This document shows, piece after piece, positions 18,223 through 27,290 of a stretch of 64,000 bases of DNA; position 1 is the stretch's first letter, and every line of letters begins with the position of its first letter. The notes beneath the pieces were generated by a model. The model was not told the DNA's origin, ran no database searches, and was given only the letters and a program-made list of their open reading frames with translations. The DNA is from Chloroflexia bacterium (GTDB lineage Bacteria; Chloroflexota; Chloroflexia; DTKN01), in NCBI GenBank assembly GCA_036172265.1, contig JASFBA010000007.1, forward strand, positions 2,077 to 66,076, in the 5' to 3' direction. Both the position numbers and the translations under genes were made by a program.

Positions 18223-18336
18223 TGTTGGAAAGGACATCCTTTGCTATGGGAACAAGGGTGAAAGATCGAAACCGAGGCAGGCGGATGGTTGTCCCCTTCT
18301 ACCGGGGCCGGCCTTCCATGGGCGGAGGAAGCAGCA

Positions 18337-19281
18337 ATGGATTTTTATAAACACCCAACCGCACTGGTGGAATCCACCCATATCGGCAAAAACACCCGCA
18401 TCTGGGCCTTTGTACACATCCTCCCCGGCGCGGTCATCGGCGAGGATTGCAACATCTGCGACCACGTCTTCATTGAGAACGATGTGGTCATCGGCAATCG
18501 GGTAACCATCAAGTCCGGCGTTCAATTGTGGGACGGCATAACGATCGAGGACGACGTCTTCATCGGTCCCAATGCTTCGTTCAGCAACGACCCCTATCCG
18601 CGCAGCAAGCACCACCCGGCCGAACTCGCCAGAACTCTGGTTCGCCAGGGAGCCTCCATCGGGGCAAACGCCACGATACTGCCGGGGCTAACGATCGGGA
18701 GAGGGGCGATGGTCGGTGCCGGCTCCGTGGTCACCAACAACGTGCCGCCCTTTGCCATCGTGGTCGGCAACCCGGCCCGGATCAAGGGCTACGATTCTGC
18801 CTACCGCCAGCACCTGTCGCCGGGGATCTCCAACGAGGTGAAGCCCGTGGAGGAACTGGCGGTCCGCGGAGTGCAAGTCTACCACCTGCCGTTTATTCCC
18901 GATATGCGCGGCAACCTCACCTTTGCCGAAATCGGAAACGGGCTTCCGTTTCTGCCGAAGCGGTACTTCCTGGTTTTTGACGTCCCCAGCAAAGAGGTCC
19001 GCGGCGAACATGCCCATCGCACGCTCCATCAGTTTCTGGTGTGTGCGAAGGGATCTTGCTGCGTGGTCGTGGACGATGGGGAGAATCGGGCCGAAGTTGT
19101 GCTCGATTCGCCGATGATCGGGGTGTATATCCCCCCGATGGTCTGGGCCGTCCAGTACAACTATTCGCCTGACGCCGTTCTGCTCGTCCTCGCCTCCGAC
19201 CTTTATAAACCGGAGGACTATATCCGTGACTATGAGGAGTACCTCCGAGAACTCGGCCGACAACATCGTTCCGAGGAATAA
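18337..19281 (+). CDS. WxcM-like bifunctional dTDP-sugar N-acetyltransferase / 3,4-ketoisomerase
   Basis: N-terminal hexapeptide repeats ([16 protein letters not shown]); C-terminal FdtA cupin (DMRGNL, RGEHAH, YIRDY). Confidence 0.85.
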   Translation: MDFYKHPTALVESTHIGKNTRIWAFVHILPGAVIGEDCNICDHVFIENDVVIGNRVTIKSGVQLWDGITIEDDVFIGPNASFSNDPYPRSKHHPAELARTLVRQGASIGANATILPGLTIGRGAMVGAGSVVTNNVPPFAIVVGNPARIKGYDSAYRQHLSPGISNEVKPVEELAVRGVQVYHLPFIPDMRGNLTFAEIGNGLPFLPKRYFLVFDVPSKEVRGEHAHRTLHQFLVCAKGSCCVVVDDGENRAEVVLDSPMIGVYIPPMVWAVQYNYSPDAVLLVLASDLYKPEDYIRDYEEYLRELGRQHRSEE

Positions 19282-19320
19282 CCACGATTTGATGCCCGTG
19301 CTTTCCGGGAGGAAACCCCG

Positions 19321-20286
19321 ATGGCGCTGATTTCGGTGATTGTGCCGGTTTTCTGCAACGCTCCCACCCTGTCCGGGCTCGACCTGCGATTGAGGAAACT
19401 GGCCGAGAGCCTTTCCCCGCACAACGTTGAGTTTATCTATGTGGACGATGGTTCCACCGATGCCTCTTTCCCAACCCTTGTCCAACTGGCCGAGCAGGAT
19501 AAGCGGGTGCGCGTCGTCCGGCTGACGCGAAACTTTGGGTCGAATGTGGCCATCCTGGCCGGAATGAATTACGCCACCGGAGATTGTGTGGGATTTATCG
19601 CCGCCGACCTGCAGGACCCTCCTGAAACCTTTGCCGAGATGGTCAAAAAGTGGGAGGAGGGGGCCAAGGTTGTCCTGGCCGTTCGGCGGAACCGGCGCGG
19701 CGACCCCTGGGCAACACGCTTTTGGGCACGAATCTTCAACTGGCTGTTCAGCCGGCTTGTTTTTCCGGGCATCTCAGCCGAAGGGGTGGGATTCTTCCTG
19801 GTCGATCGCCGGGTCGCCGACATCCTGATCCGCTGCGAGGAAAAGAATACCCATCTCATCGGCCTGGTCCTCTGGACGGGGTTTCGGCCTGTTTATGTAG
19901 AATATGACCGGGTGGCCCGTGAGGGTGGCAAATCGAAGTGGACCTTGGGGAAGCGGCTCAAATATGCTATCGATTCCTTTGCCGCGTTCTCCTACCTGCC
20001 GGTGCGCCTGGCCTCGTTTCTGGGCATCCTCCTGGCCGGGATGGGCACCGTCTACGCCGTCGTGGTCATTTTGCTCCGCATCCTTCACAGTATTTCGGTT
20101 CAAGGCTGGACAACCTTGATGATCGTGCTTCTGCTCGGTTTCGGCATTCAACTGACGATGCTGGGTGTGATCGGCGAATACCTGTGGCGAACGCTGGACG
20201 CCGCCCGGCACCGTCCCCCTTTTGTGGTGGACACTGTGTTCCCCCCTCTCGAGTGCCCTTCTCACGGTCAGGCGTCGAAGACGTAG
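19321..20286 (+). CDS. GT2 polyprenyl-phosphate glycosyltransferase (GtrB/ArnC-like)
   Basis: VDDGSTD, RNFG, AADLQDPP, two C-terminal TM helices, GEYL. Confidence 0.88.
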   Translation: MALISVIVPVFCNAPTLSGLDLRLRKLAESLSPHNVEFIYVDDGSTDASFPTLVQLAEQDKRVRVVRLTRNFGSNVAILAGMNYATGDCVGFIAADLQDPPETFAEMVKKWEEGAKVVLAVRRNRRGDPWATRFWARIFNWLFSRLVFPGISAEGVGFFLVDRRVADILIRCEEKNTHLIGLVLWTGFRPVYVEYDRVAREGGKSKWTLGKRLKYAIDSFAAFSYLPVRLASFLGILLAGMGTVYAVVVILLRILHSISVQGWTTLMIVLLLGFGIQLTMLGVIGEYLWRTLDAARHRPPFVVDTVFPPLECPSHGQASKT

Positions 20287-20337
20287 AACGGCTTGGGCGA
20301 ATTCCAACCTAACCCGTAACTCCCCACCTGGTTCCAA

Positions 20338-20366
20338 GTAGGACCACTCCGCAGGAGTTGTCCTAC
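20338..20366. repeat. REP-like palindrome, family D
   Basis: GTAGGACCACTCCGCAGGAGTTGTCCTAC; near-identical copy at 49402-49430; both lie between convergent genes. Confidence 0.7.
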
Positions 20367-23300
20367 TTTAATTGTACTTCGCCGAGGTCAAGGGCGTCGC
20401 CCAGGGCTTTGCCATCGGCTGTATAGACCGGCAGCCGCTGCATGGTGATCGGGTCATAGACGGCGAGGATCAGCCGATACCGCCCGCCGGCCGCCTGGGG
20501 AGAGATACGCACCGGCAGGTCATCGCATACCTCTTCTCCCCGCCGCCAGGTGGTGGTGGGGTGTCCTTCGCCGCCTACCGGCAGGTCCACCTGGCCGAGG
20601 ATCCGGCCGTCGGCGATGACCTGGGCCGTCGCTGCGTAATTGGCCGAAACTGGGGCCTCGGTCCGCCACTCTACGGCGAGTGGAAGGACTTCTCCCGGGG
20701 CAAAGGGGCCTTCGGGCCGCTCATACGCCATCAGTTGGAGTTCTTTCCCAAAGCGAAAGCCGGCCGGCGTGGCGAGGGGACGAATATAGAGCGGCACAGG
20801 AGAGGTGGGCTCGGCCGTAAGGTACTGCACCTGTCCCTTTTGCCAGTCGAAAAGCGCCACCGGAAGGGCCTGAAGCGCCTGTCCTCCGTAGTAGACCCAC
20901 AGCGAAGCAAAGTAGGTGCCCTCCTCCGCGGCCGGCCAGTCCTCTTGCCCCCGATGAGGTGGCAGCAGCGAGGTCGCATCTCCGGCGCGAAGGGCGGCTT
21001 CCCGCTTCTGCAGATCGATCTCCCATAGGACCTCACCGGAGGTGAGGGTGACCGGCCCCCACCAGGCGTAATGCGTGGCCTCGGCATAGTCGTTTTCCCA
21101 CACCTCTAGCGCGGCCCGGAGCGCGCGCCGTTCCGGGGTGTAAAGTTGGATGTCCAGGTGAAGCGTCGTTCCCTCCACGTACACGCGGGGGGATAGAAGG
21201 GCGGTTCGCGGGACACTTTCCACCAGCGGGCCGGCATTTTCGACGACCGCTGCCCAGCAGAGGGAAGCCCTGGCGCTCACCGAAACCTCGACCGTCGTCG
21301 GGAGGCGATGTAACGCGCTGCGGTAGAGGGAAAAGCCGGCCGGCAACGCCGCCTCCTCATCCCGGCCGTCGCCCCAGTGCAGGCGAAGGGGAGTCTCCTC
21401 GTCCGCGCTCCAACCCAAGAGCAGGGCCCGGTTCCCCTCGCCCTCCTTCCCGGTCGGCGATAGGCTCAGTCCGTTCGGCTCGGCGTAAAGGAGGAGAGGG
21501 GTGTTCGGGTCCAGCGCCCGACATCCGCCCGAACCGGCCAGCCGTTGGGCTGTGAGCGGGGTACGTACCAGTACCGGCCCGGGACCCGGGCAGGCTCCTT
21601 CGCGCAGGTCGAGGAAGGCCCGTTGTTCGGGATTTCGGCGGTAGAGCGCCATCCCGCCGGATTGCCAGACGCGGTCTTCCGGGGAAAGGCCCAGAAGGTA
21701 GGGGTTATCGTCGAGGTCGAGCAGGGCATAAGAGAAGGCCTCTCCGGGAAGGCAGTAGGCCATGCTGCTATAAGCGCTCGAGAGGGTCCCTCGCAGGGGA
21801 TGATCCCGGAAGAAGTAGGCTAGAAGGCCGGTGGCCGGCCCGATGTGCTCGAGGTTATCGGTGAGGTAGACGACCTCTCCGGCAGGCACCAAGGTGGTTG
21901 CCTCTTCCACTTGAAGCAACTTGCGGTCGAACAGGGCCGGCCTTTCCCAGTAGCGGGCGATGATCCGGCCGGAGGACCAGCCGACAAGTCCCAGAAGGAG
22001 CAGGGCAATGGCGGCCGTTACGCCGGCTAAGGTGCGGCGACCCCATCGGCCCTTCGGACGCGGCATTTCTGTCAGGCCCTGCCCGGCAAGGCCCAGCAGG
22101 AACGGCCCAACATAGGCCGCCATCTTGGGGTAAGCATAGGGGTAAGGTCGGGAGCGGTCTAGCACGGCCGCGGGGATGGGCAAACCGAGGCTTTGGAGGG
22201 AGGAGAGGAATGGGAAAAAGGCCCCCTGCAGCCAAAGGAGGTACAGGAATCCGGTAACCGCCACGGCCAGCCACTGCCAGCGCCAGGGAGAACGGACAAG
22301 GGCCCAGAGGCTTAGGAGGACGATGAGGATCAGGGCGCCCCAGGACAGGATTTCCAGGAATCCGGGAAGGGGCTCGGGTTGCGGAGCAAAAGGGGTCAGG
22401 CCCAGCGCCTCCGGCCAGGAGATGATACGGGAAAGCCATCCCACGGCTTTGGGCTGGATATAGCGCTCTGCCAGGTCCAGGCCGTAGGAGAGGATGGGCC
22501 CAAAGGCCAGCAGGATAGCGCAGGCCACCGTGCCGAGGCCGGCCAGAAGGAGCGGCAGGCGACGGCGGGTTCGCAGGAATTCAACCAGAGCCAACGCTCC
22601 GGCCGGGGGGAGAAAGGCCGTGAGGGCCGGGTAATAAGAGACCAGGAGGGCGGAAACGGCCAACCCCGCAGCGATGGCTCTGCGTCCACCGGGCTGTCGG
22701 AGCGCATCAGCCAGGAGAAGGAGGCTCAACGGAACCAGAGGCAAAGAAGAAAGTTGCATGCCAAAGTTGAAAAAGGTCAGCCAGAGGGAAAGGGCGTACA
22801 GAGAAGCCAAGGTGGTAGCCAGAACAGCGGCTTTGCGGGACATTCCCAAGGTGTGGCGAAAGAGGAGGTAGAGGGCCAGGACGCTGAGGGCGCGCAGCAG
22901 GGCGAGTGTGGGAGCAAAGGAGCGGAGGGCATCCTGGCCGGCAAGTTGTTGCCAGACTCCCTGGGCGATGGAAAAGCCCGGCGTCACCGCGATTCGGGTG
23001 AGGTCGAGATTGAGGTCCCGGAGTGGGTTAGGGGGCATGGAGGCAATTCCCTGGACCGGGACACGTACCAGGTATTCGGCAAGTGGAAGGTAGGCCTCGA
23101 TGTCCCAGTTTTCCCCGATGATCGTCGTATAGCCATAGTTCAGGAGTGGCAGGATGCTGAGGAGGAAGGACAGGCCGGCCAAGAGGACGGCCCAGCCGTG
23201 CTCGTGCAAATCCAGGTGCAACCGCCGGTCCCGGCATCGCCACAGGGCCAGGGCGTTGAGCAGCGTGCCCATCCCCAGGGCAACGAACAGGACCTGTTGC

Positions 23301-23488
23301 AGGTTGAGGATGGTCGTTATACCATAGTAGCCGATGAGCAGAAGGAGGGCGTAGCCGAGGAGCGGGGCTAGCAGACCTTCGTCGTCGCGGCGGTCGGCCG
23401 GCAGGAGGAGTTTCACCAGGCCGTAACCCAGATAGGTGGAAAAGGCTAGCGATGCCAGTACCAGCAAAAGCAGGCTCAAGACGAACAA
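20363..23488 (-). CDS. Large multi-pass membrane protein, probable GT-C-type glycosyltransferase with extracellular C-terminal domains
   Basis: More than 10 hydrophobic segments; acidic first loop (ENWDIEAY); C-terminal beta-rich module (GRYRLILAVYD); TTG start after GGAGG. Confidence 0.6.
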   Translation of the reverse strand: MFVLSLLLLVLASLAFSTYLGYGLVKLLLPADRRDDEGLLAPLLGYALLLLIGYYGITTILNLQQVLFVALGMGTLLNALALWRCRDRRLHLDLHEHGWAVLLAGLSFLLSILPLLNYGYTTIIGENWDIEAYLPLAEYLVRVPVQGIASMPPNPLRDLNLDLTRIAVTPGFSIAQGVWQQLAGQDALRSFAPTLALLRALSVLALYLLFRHTLGMSRKAAVLATTLASLYALSLWLTFFNFGMQLSSLPLVPLSLLLLADALRQPGGRRAIAAGLAVSALLVSYYPALTAFLPPAGALALVEFLRTRRRLPLLLAGLGTVACAILLAFGPILSYGLDLAERYIQPKAVGWLSRIISWPEALGLTPFAPQPEPLPGFLEILSWGALILIVLLSLWALVRSPWRWQWLAVAVTGFLYLLWLQGAFFPFLSSLQSLGLPIPAAVLDRSRPYPYAYPKMAAYVGPFLLGLAGQGLTEMPRPKGRWGRRTLAGVTAAIALLLLGLVGWSSGRIIARYWERPALFDRKLLQVEEATTLVPAGEVVYLTDNLEHIGPATGLLAYFFRDHPLRGTLSSAYSSMAYCLPGEAFSYALLDLDDNPYLLGLSPEDRVWQSGGMALYRRNPEQRAFLDLREGACPGPGPVLVRTPLTAQRLAGSGGCRALDPNTPLLLYAEPNGLSLSPTGKEGEGNRALLLGWSADEETPLRLHWGDGRDEEAALPAGFSLYRSALHRLPTTVEVSVSARASLCWAAVVENAGPLVESVPRTALLSPRVYVEGTTLHLDIQLYTPERRALRAALEVWENDYAEATHYAWWGPVTLTSGEVLWEIDLQKREAALRAGDATSLLPPHRGQEDWPAAEEGTYFASLWVYYGGQALQALPVALFDWQKGQVQYLTAEPTSPVPLYIRPLATPAGFRFGKELQLMAYERPEGPFAPGEVLPLAVEWRTEAPVSANYAATAQVIADGRILGQVDLPVGGEGHPTTTWRRGEEVCDDLPVRISPQAAGGRYRLILAVYDPITMQRLPVYTADGKALGDALDLGEVQLK

Positions 23489-23692
23489 TCCGACCTCCTC
23501 TCCAAAGCCCCACCGGCGAGCAGGGCCGTTGGGATACGGTCAAGAAACTTTTTCCCCATTGTACTACTACCTTCCTGGTTTGGGCAAATGGGGATAGGAC
23601 GCTGGGGAATCGTGTTTGTCGGGATGGCAGGACTGTGATAAGATAGAGATACGTTGGCAACCAGGAGCAGTTTCCAGGTAGCAAGTCCGAAG

Positions 23693-26125
23693 ATGGATCG
23701 AAGCCAAGCCTCCACCACTTTTATTCCGGTCACCCTGCTCGGCCTTTTTCTCCTTTCCGCCGCTACTCTACTCTTTGAGATCAACCTGACGCGCCTCTTT
23801 TCGGTGGCCCAGTTCTATCACTTTGCTTTTATGGCGGTCAGCCTAGCCATGCTGGGCTATGGGGCCAGCGGGACGGTGCTGGCCCTTTTTCCTTCCTGGG
23901 CCCAGCGCCGGCCGCTTCCCTTCCTTGCCCTGGCCTGTGCTCTGAGCAGCGTCGGGGCCTACCTCCTGAGCAACGCTTTCCCCTTCGATTCCTTTACCAT
24001 CGTCTGGGACCGCCGGCAACTTGTCATCCTGGCGCTGGACAACCTGGCTCTGGCCGTCCCCTTTTTCTGTAGCGGGGCCATCCTGGGCCTCCTCTTTATC
24101 CTGGAGCCAGGGGCTTCCGGCCGCTTCTACGCTGCCAACCTGGCCGGATCGGCCCTGGGATGCCTTCTGGCCCTGGTGGTTCCGCCCCTTCTCGGCGGCG
24201 AAGGCACCGTCCTTCTGAGCGGGCTTCTTTCTGCCCTGGCAGTGCCGGCCCTGGGGGGCGGCCGTTTCTTACGTGGAGCGGGGTTGAGCGTTGCGGCGCT
24301 TTACCTGGCCGGCTTGCTCTTTTCCCCTCCTTTCCTGGAGGTGGGCCTTTCGCCCTACAAGGGTCTCAGTTACGCCCGCCAATTTCCCGATTCGAGCGTT
24401 ACCTTCCGTCGCTGGAACAGTTTTTCCCGCGTGGATCGGGTGCAGAGTTCGGCCATCCGCTCTCTGCCCGGCCTGAGTTACGTCTATCTCAAACCCCTGC
24501 CACCCCAACAGGGCCTCTTTGTGGATGGAGATGACCTGAGCGCGGTGCTGGAACTTGACCCGGGGCTGTTGGAAGAAAAACCCCTGCCCTCTGTGCTCGA
24601 TTTTACCCACTACCTGCCCACGGCCATCGCCTACCAGTTGCGTCCGGGTGGACAGGCCCTGATTCTGGAGCCGCGTGGGGGACTGGAACTCTGGGTGGCT
24701 CTGGCCCAGGGAATGGCGGGGGCAACTGCCGTGGAGTCCAACCCCCTCGTCGTCGAAGCGGCCGGCGCGATCTACCGTCATCCTCGTGTTACGGTGGCGA
24801 TGGAAGATGCCCGCAGTTTTGTCCGGCGCACCCCCGAGCGCTACGATGTGGTGACACTGGCCCTGAGTGCGCCTTACCGTCCCATCCAGTCGGGAGCCTA
24901 CAGCCTGGTCGAGGATTACCATAATACTGTTGAGGCTTTTGGCGACTACCTGGCACGATTGCGACCGGGAGGCATCCTGGCCGTCTCTCGCTGGCTGCAA
25001 ATGCCGCCCAGCGAGGAGTTACGCACCTTTGCCCTGGCCCTTACGGCGGTGGAGCGGGCCGGTGGGGACCCGGCCCGGCAGGTGGTGGCGTTTCGCGGCT
25101 ATGCCACACTAACCTTGCTGGTAAAAGCCGAACCGTTTATGCCGGCCGAACTTGGGGCCATCCGCCGCTTTGCCAACGAGCGAGCCTTTGACCTGGTTTA
25201 TGCTCCCGACATACGGCCGGAGGAAACCAACCGCTATAACGTTCTCCGCGAGCCGGTCTACTACGAGGCCTTTCGTAGCCTCTTGGAGACGGGGGACCGG
25301 CCGGCCTGGTATGCGGCCTATCCTTTCGAGGTGTCCCCTCCGGAGGACGATCGCCCCTTCTTCGGGCACTTTTTCAAGTGGTCCCAGATCGGGGAGGTGG
25401 TGGCCGAAGCGGGCCGGCGGGTGGAGCCGTTCGGCGGAGCCGGGTATCTGGTGCTGCTCCTCCTTCTGGCTCTGGCCCTGGGTGCGGCCGGGGTGATCGT
25501 CTTGCTGCCTCTGGTGTTTCGGCGGGGGGGCCGGCCGGCCGGCCCTTTGCCGGGTCGGTCGCCTTCTTTCCTTTCCATCCTGGCCTATTTCGCCTTTCTC
25601 GGCCTGGGCTATCTCCTGGTGGAAATCCCCCTGATCCAGCAGTTCATCCTCTTCCTGGGACATCCGGCCTATGCCCTGACGACGGTGCTCTTTGCCCTGC
25701 TTTTTTTCTCCGGCCTGGGGAGCGCCTTTTCTTCCCGCCTGCCGCTGCGGCCGGCGCTGGCCCTGCTGCTCCTTGTGCTCCTTCTTTACCCCTTCATCCT
25801 CCCTGCGCTCTTTGCCCTGACGCTGGGATGGCCCCTCTGGGGACGCCTTTTCCTAAGCGTGTTTGCGCTTTCCCCGGCCGGAGTGCTCATGGGCGTCCCG
25901 TTCCCGGCCGGCCTGCGCCGGCTGGAAAGGCATGCCGGCCACCGCATTCCCTGGGCCTGGGGGGTCAACGGGGCGGCCTCGGTCGTGGCCGCGGTGTTGG
26001 CGGCATTCCTTTCCCTCTCCTTCGGCTTCCGTTGGGTGCTCTTCTCCGGCGCGTTCTGCTACGCTCTGGCCTGGGTTTCTGCCGGTCAAGGCCTGGGGTT
26101 GCCTCCAGGCGGCGACTCCCCGTAG
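23693..26125 (+). CDS. Membrane protein with spermidine-synthase-like SAM-dependent methyltransferase domain
   Basis: TM blocks flanking WNSFSRVD, VESNP, EDARSFV, TVEAF, DDRPFF; C-terminal WAWGVNG. Confidence 0.75.
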   Translation: MDRSQASTTFIPVTLLGLFLLSAATLLFEINLTRLFSVAQFYHFAFMAVSLAMLGYGASGTVLALFPSWAQRRPLPFLALACALSSVGAYLLSNAFPFDSFTIVWDRRQLVILALDNLALAVPFFCSGAILGLLFILEPGASGRFYAANLAGSALGCLLALVVPPLLGGEGTVLLSGLLSALAVPALGGGRFLRGAGLSVAALYLAGLLFSPPFLEVGLSPYKGLSYARQFPDSSVTFRRWNSFSRVDRVQSSAIRSLPGLSYVYLKPLPPQQGLFVDGDDLSAVLELDPGLLEEKPLPSVLDFTHYLPTAIAYQLRPGGQALILEPRGGLELWVALAQGMAGATAVESNPLVVEAAGAIYRHPRVTVAMEDARSFVRRTPERYDVVTLALSAPYRPIQSGAYSLVEDYHNTVEAFGDYLARLRPGGILAVSRWLQMPPSEELRTFALALTAVERAGGDPARQVVAFRGYATLTLLVKAEPFMPAELGAIRRFANERAFDLVYAPDIRPEETNRYNVLREPVYYEAFRSLLETGDRPAWYAAYPFEVSPPEDDRPFFGHFFKWSQIGEVVAEAGRRVEPFGGAGYLVLLLLLALALGAAGVIVLLPLVFRRGGRPAGPLPGRSPSFLSILAYFAFLGLGYLLVEIPLIQQFILFLGHPAYALTTVLFALLFFSGLGSAFSSRLPLRPALALLLLVLLLYPFILPALFALTLGWPLWGRLFLSVFALSPAGVLMGVPFPAGLRRLERHAGHRIPWAWGVNGAASVVAAVLAAFLSLSFGFRWVLFSGAFCYALAWVSAGQGLGLPPGGDSP

Positions 26126-26862
26126 CCGGTGAGCGGAACAAATGAAACATAATCCAAAGCCTCGGCCCGCACTTCGCCGGCCTGTTGGGTGAAACGCCAC
26201 AGTGTTTGCCAGCCTCCGCGGGGGCCGATGGGGATAACCAGTCGGCCGCCCTCCTTGAGTTGCTCCACAAGCGGTGGCGGCAGGTGGTCGGGGGCAGCGG
26301 TGACGATGATGGCGTCGTAGGGGGCATGCTCCGGCCAGCCGAAGTAGCCGTCGCCCTGGGTGAGGTGTATCTGGCCGTAGCCCAACCTCCGGAGGCGTTC
26401 GGCGGCCTGGGAGGCCAGTTCCGGGATGATCTCGATGCTGTAGACCTCCACATAGCCCAGTTCGGCCAGCACGGCCGCCTGGTAGCCGGAGCCGGTGCCG
26501 ATTTCCAGGACCTTTTCCCCCGGCTTCAGTTGCAAGAGTTCTGTCATCCAGGCGACGATATAGGGCTGAGAGATGGTCTGGCCGTAGCCGATGGGGAGCG
26601 GGCGGTCGTCATAGGCCAAGTCCAGGTAGTCAGCCGGTACGAAGAGGTGGCGGGGCACGCTCCGCATCGCCCGCAGCACGTCGGGGTTGGAGACGCCCCG
26701 GGCGACGATGGTTTCCTCCACCATTCGCAAGCGCTGTTCGGTATAGAGGTCCTGGACAGTGGGAGAAGGGAGAGGCGGCGGGGTCACCGGAGCGATCGGA
26801 GGAGCACAGGAGAGAGCCCCGATAACCAGGATGAGCAAAGCCAGATCAAGGTATATGCGCAT
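26086..26862 (-). CDS. pcm: Protein-L-isoaspartate O-methyltransferase with N-terminal lipoprotein signal
   Basis: VPRHLFV, PIGYGQTISQP, VLEIGTGSGYQAA, APYDAIIVTAA; N-terminus MRIYLDLALLILVIGALSC. Confidence 0.9.
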   Translation of the reverse strand: MRIYLDLALLILVIGALSCAPPIAPVTPPPLPSPTVQDLYTEQRLRMVEETIVARGVSNPDVLRAMRSVPRHLFVPADYLDLAYDDRPLPIGYGQTISQPYIVAWMTELLQLKPGEKVLEIGTGSGYQAAVLAELGYVEVYSIEIIPELASQAAERLRRLGYGQIHLTQGDGYFGWPEHAPYDAIIVTAAPDHLPPPLVEQLKEGGRLVIPIGPRGGWQTLWRFTQQAGEVRAEALDYVSFVPLTGYGESPPGGNPRP

Positions 26863-26869
26863 CTTTTCC

Positions 26870-27280
26870 CTAAAACGAGACAAAGACCTTAGCCAGGCTT
26901 TCCCCGTAGACGGCCAGTTCCCAGGAGCAGGTATAGCCGAACGGGGTGATGGCCACCTGGTGGCCGTTCTTCTGGAGCCGGACGGCCAGTTCCTCCAGGA
27001 AGGCCTGGGCAAAGTCGGGGGGCGACTTGCTGGAGGAGAGGTGGGTGAAAGAGTGCAGGACGACGGTACGAAACCCCCGCTTGCCGGCCAGCCATTTGAT
27101 CTGCTTGAGAAGGCGGGAGAAGACGGAGGCGCGCTTCTGGACATCTTCCTCCTCGCAGTGGACGAAGACGACCACGGCATCCCGCACTTCCTGCGGCGGC
27201 GGAGGAGGGCCGGCCTCCGGGATGGTGGGAGCAAAGGGCGCATAGGCAAAATGGGAGGAAAGGAAGAGCAAGGCTTTCAC
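26870..27280 (-). CDS. Stand-alone archaeal-type threonyl-tRNA synthetase editing domain protein
   Basis: FVHCEEED, HSFTHLSS, TPFGY, GESLAKV parallel the archaeal ThrRS N-terminal domain (YPFAHLSS, APFGY, GHPLAE). Confidence 0.8.
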   Translation of the reverse strand: MKALLFLSSHFAYAPFAPTIPEAGPPPPPQEVRDAVVVFVHCEEEDVQKRASVFSRLLKQIKWLAGKRGFRTVVLHSFTHLSSSKSPPDFAQAFLEELAVRLQKNGHQVAITPFGYTCSWELAVYGESLAKVFVSF

Positions 27281-27290
27281 GGAACCTCCA

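Noticed and set aside
26863-27249. Apparent 387-aa extended Pcm
   Set aside because: The extension is an alternative frame of the ThrRS editing-domain gene; Pcm starts at 26862
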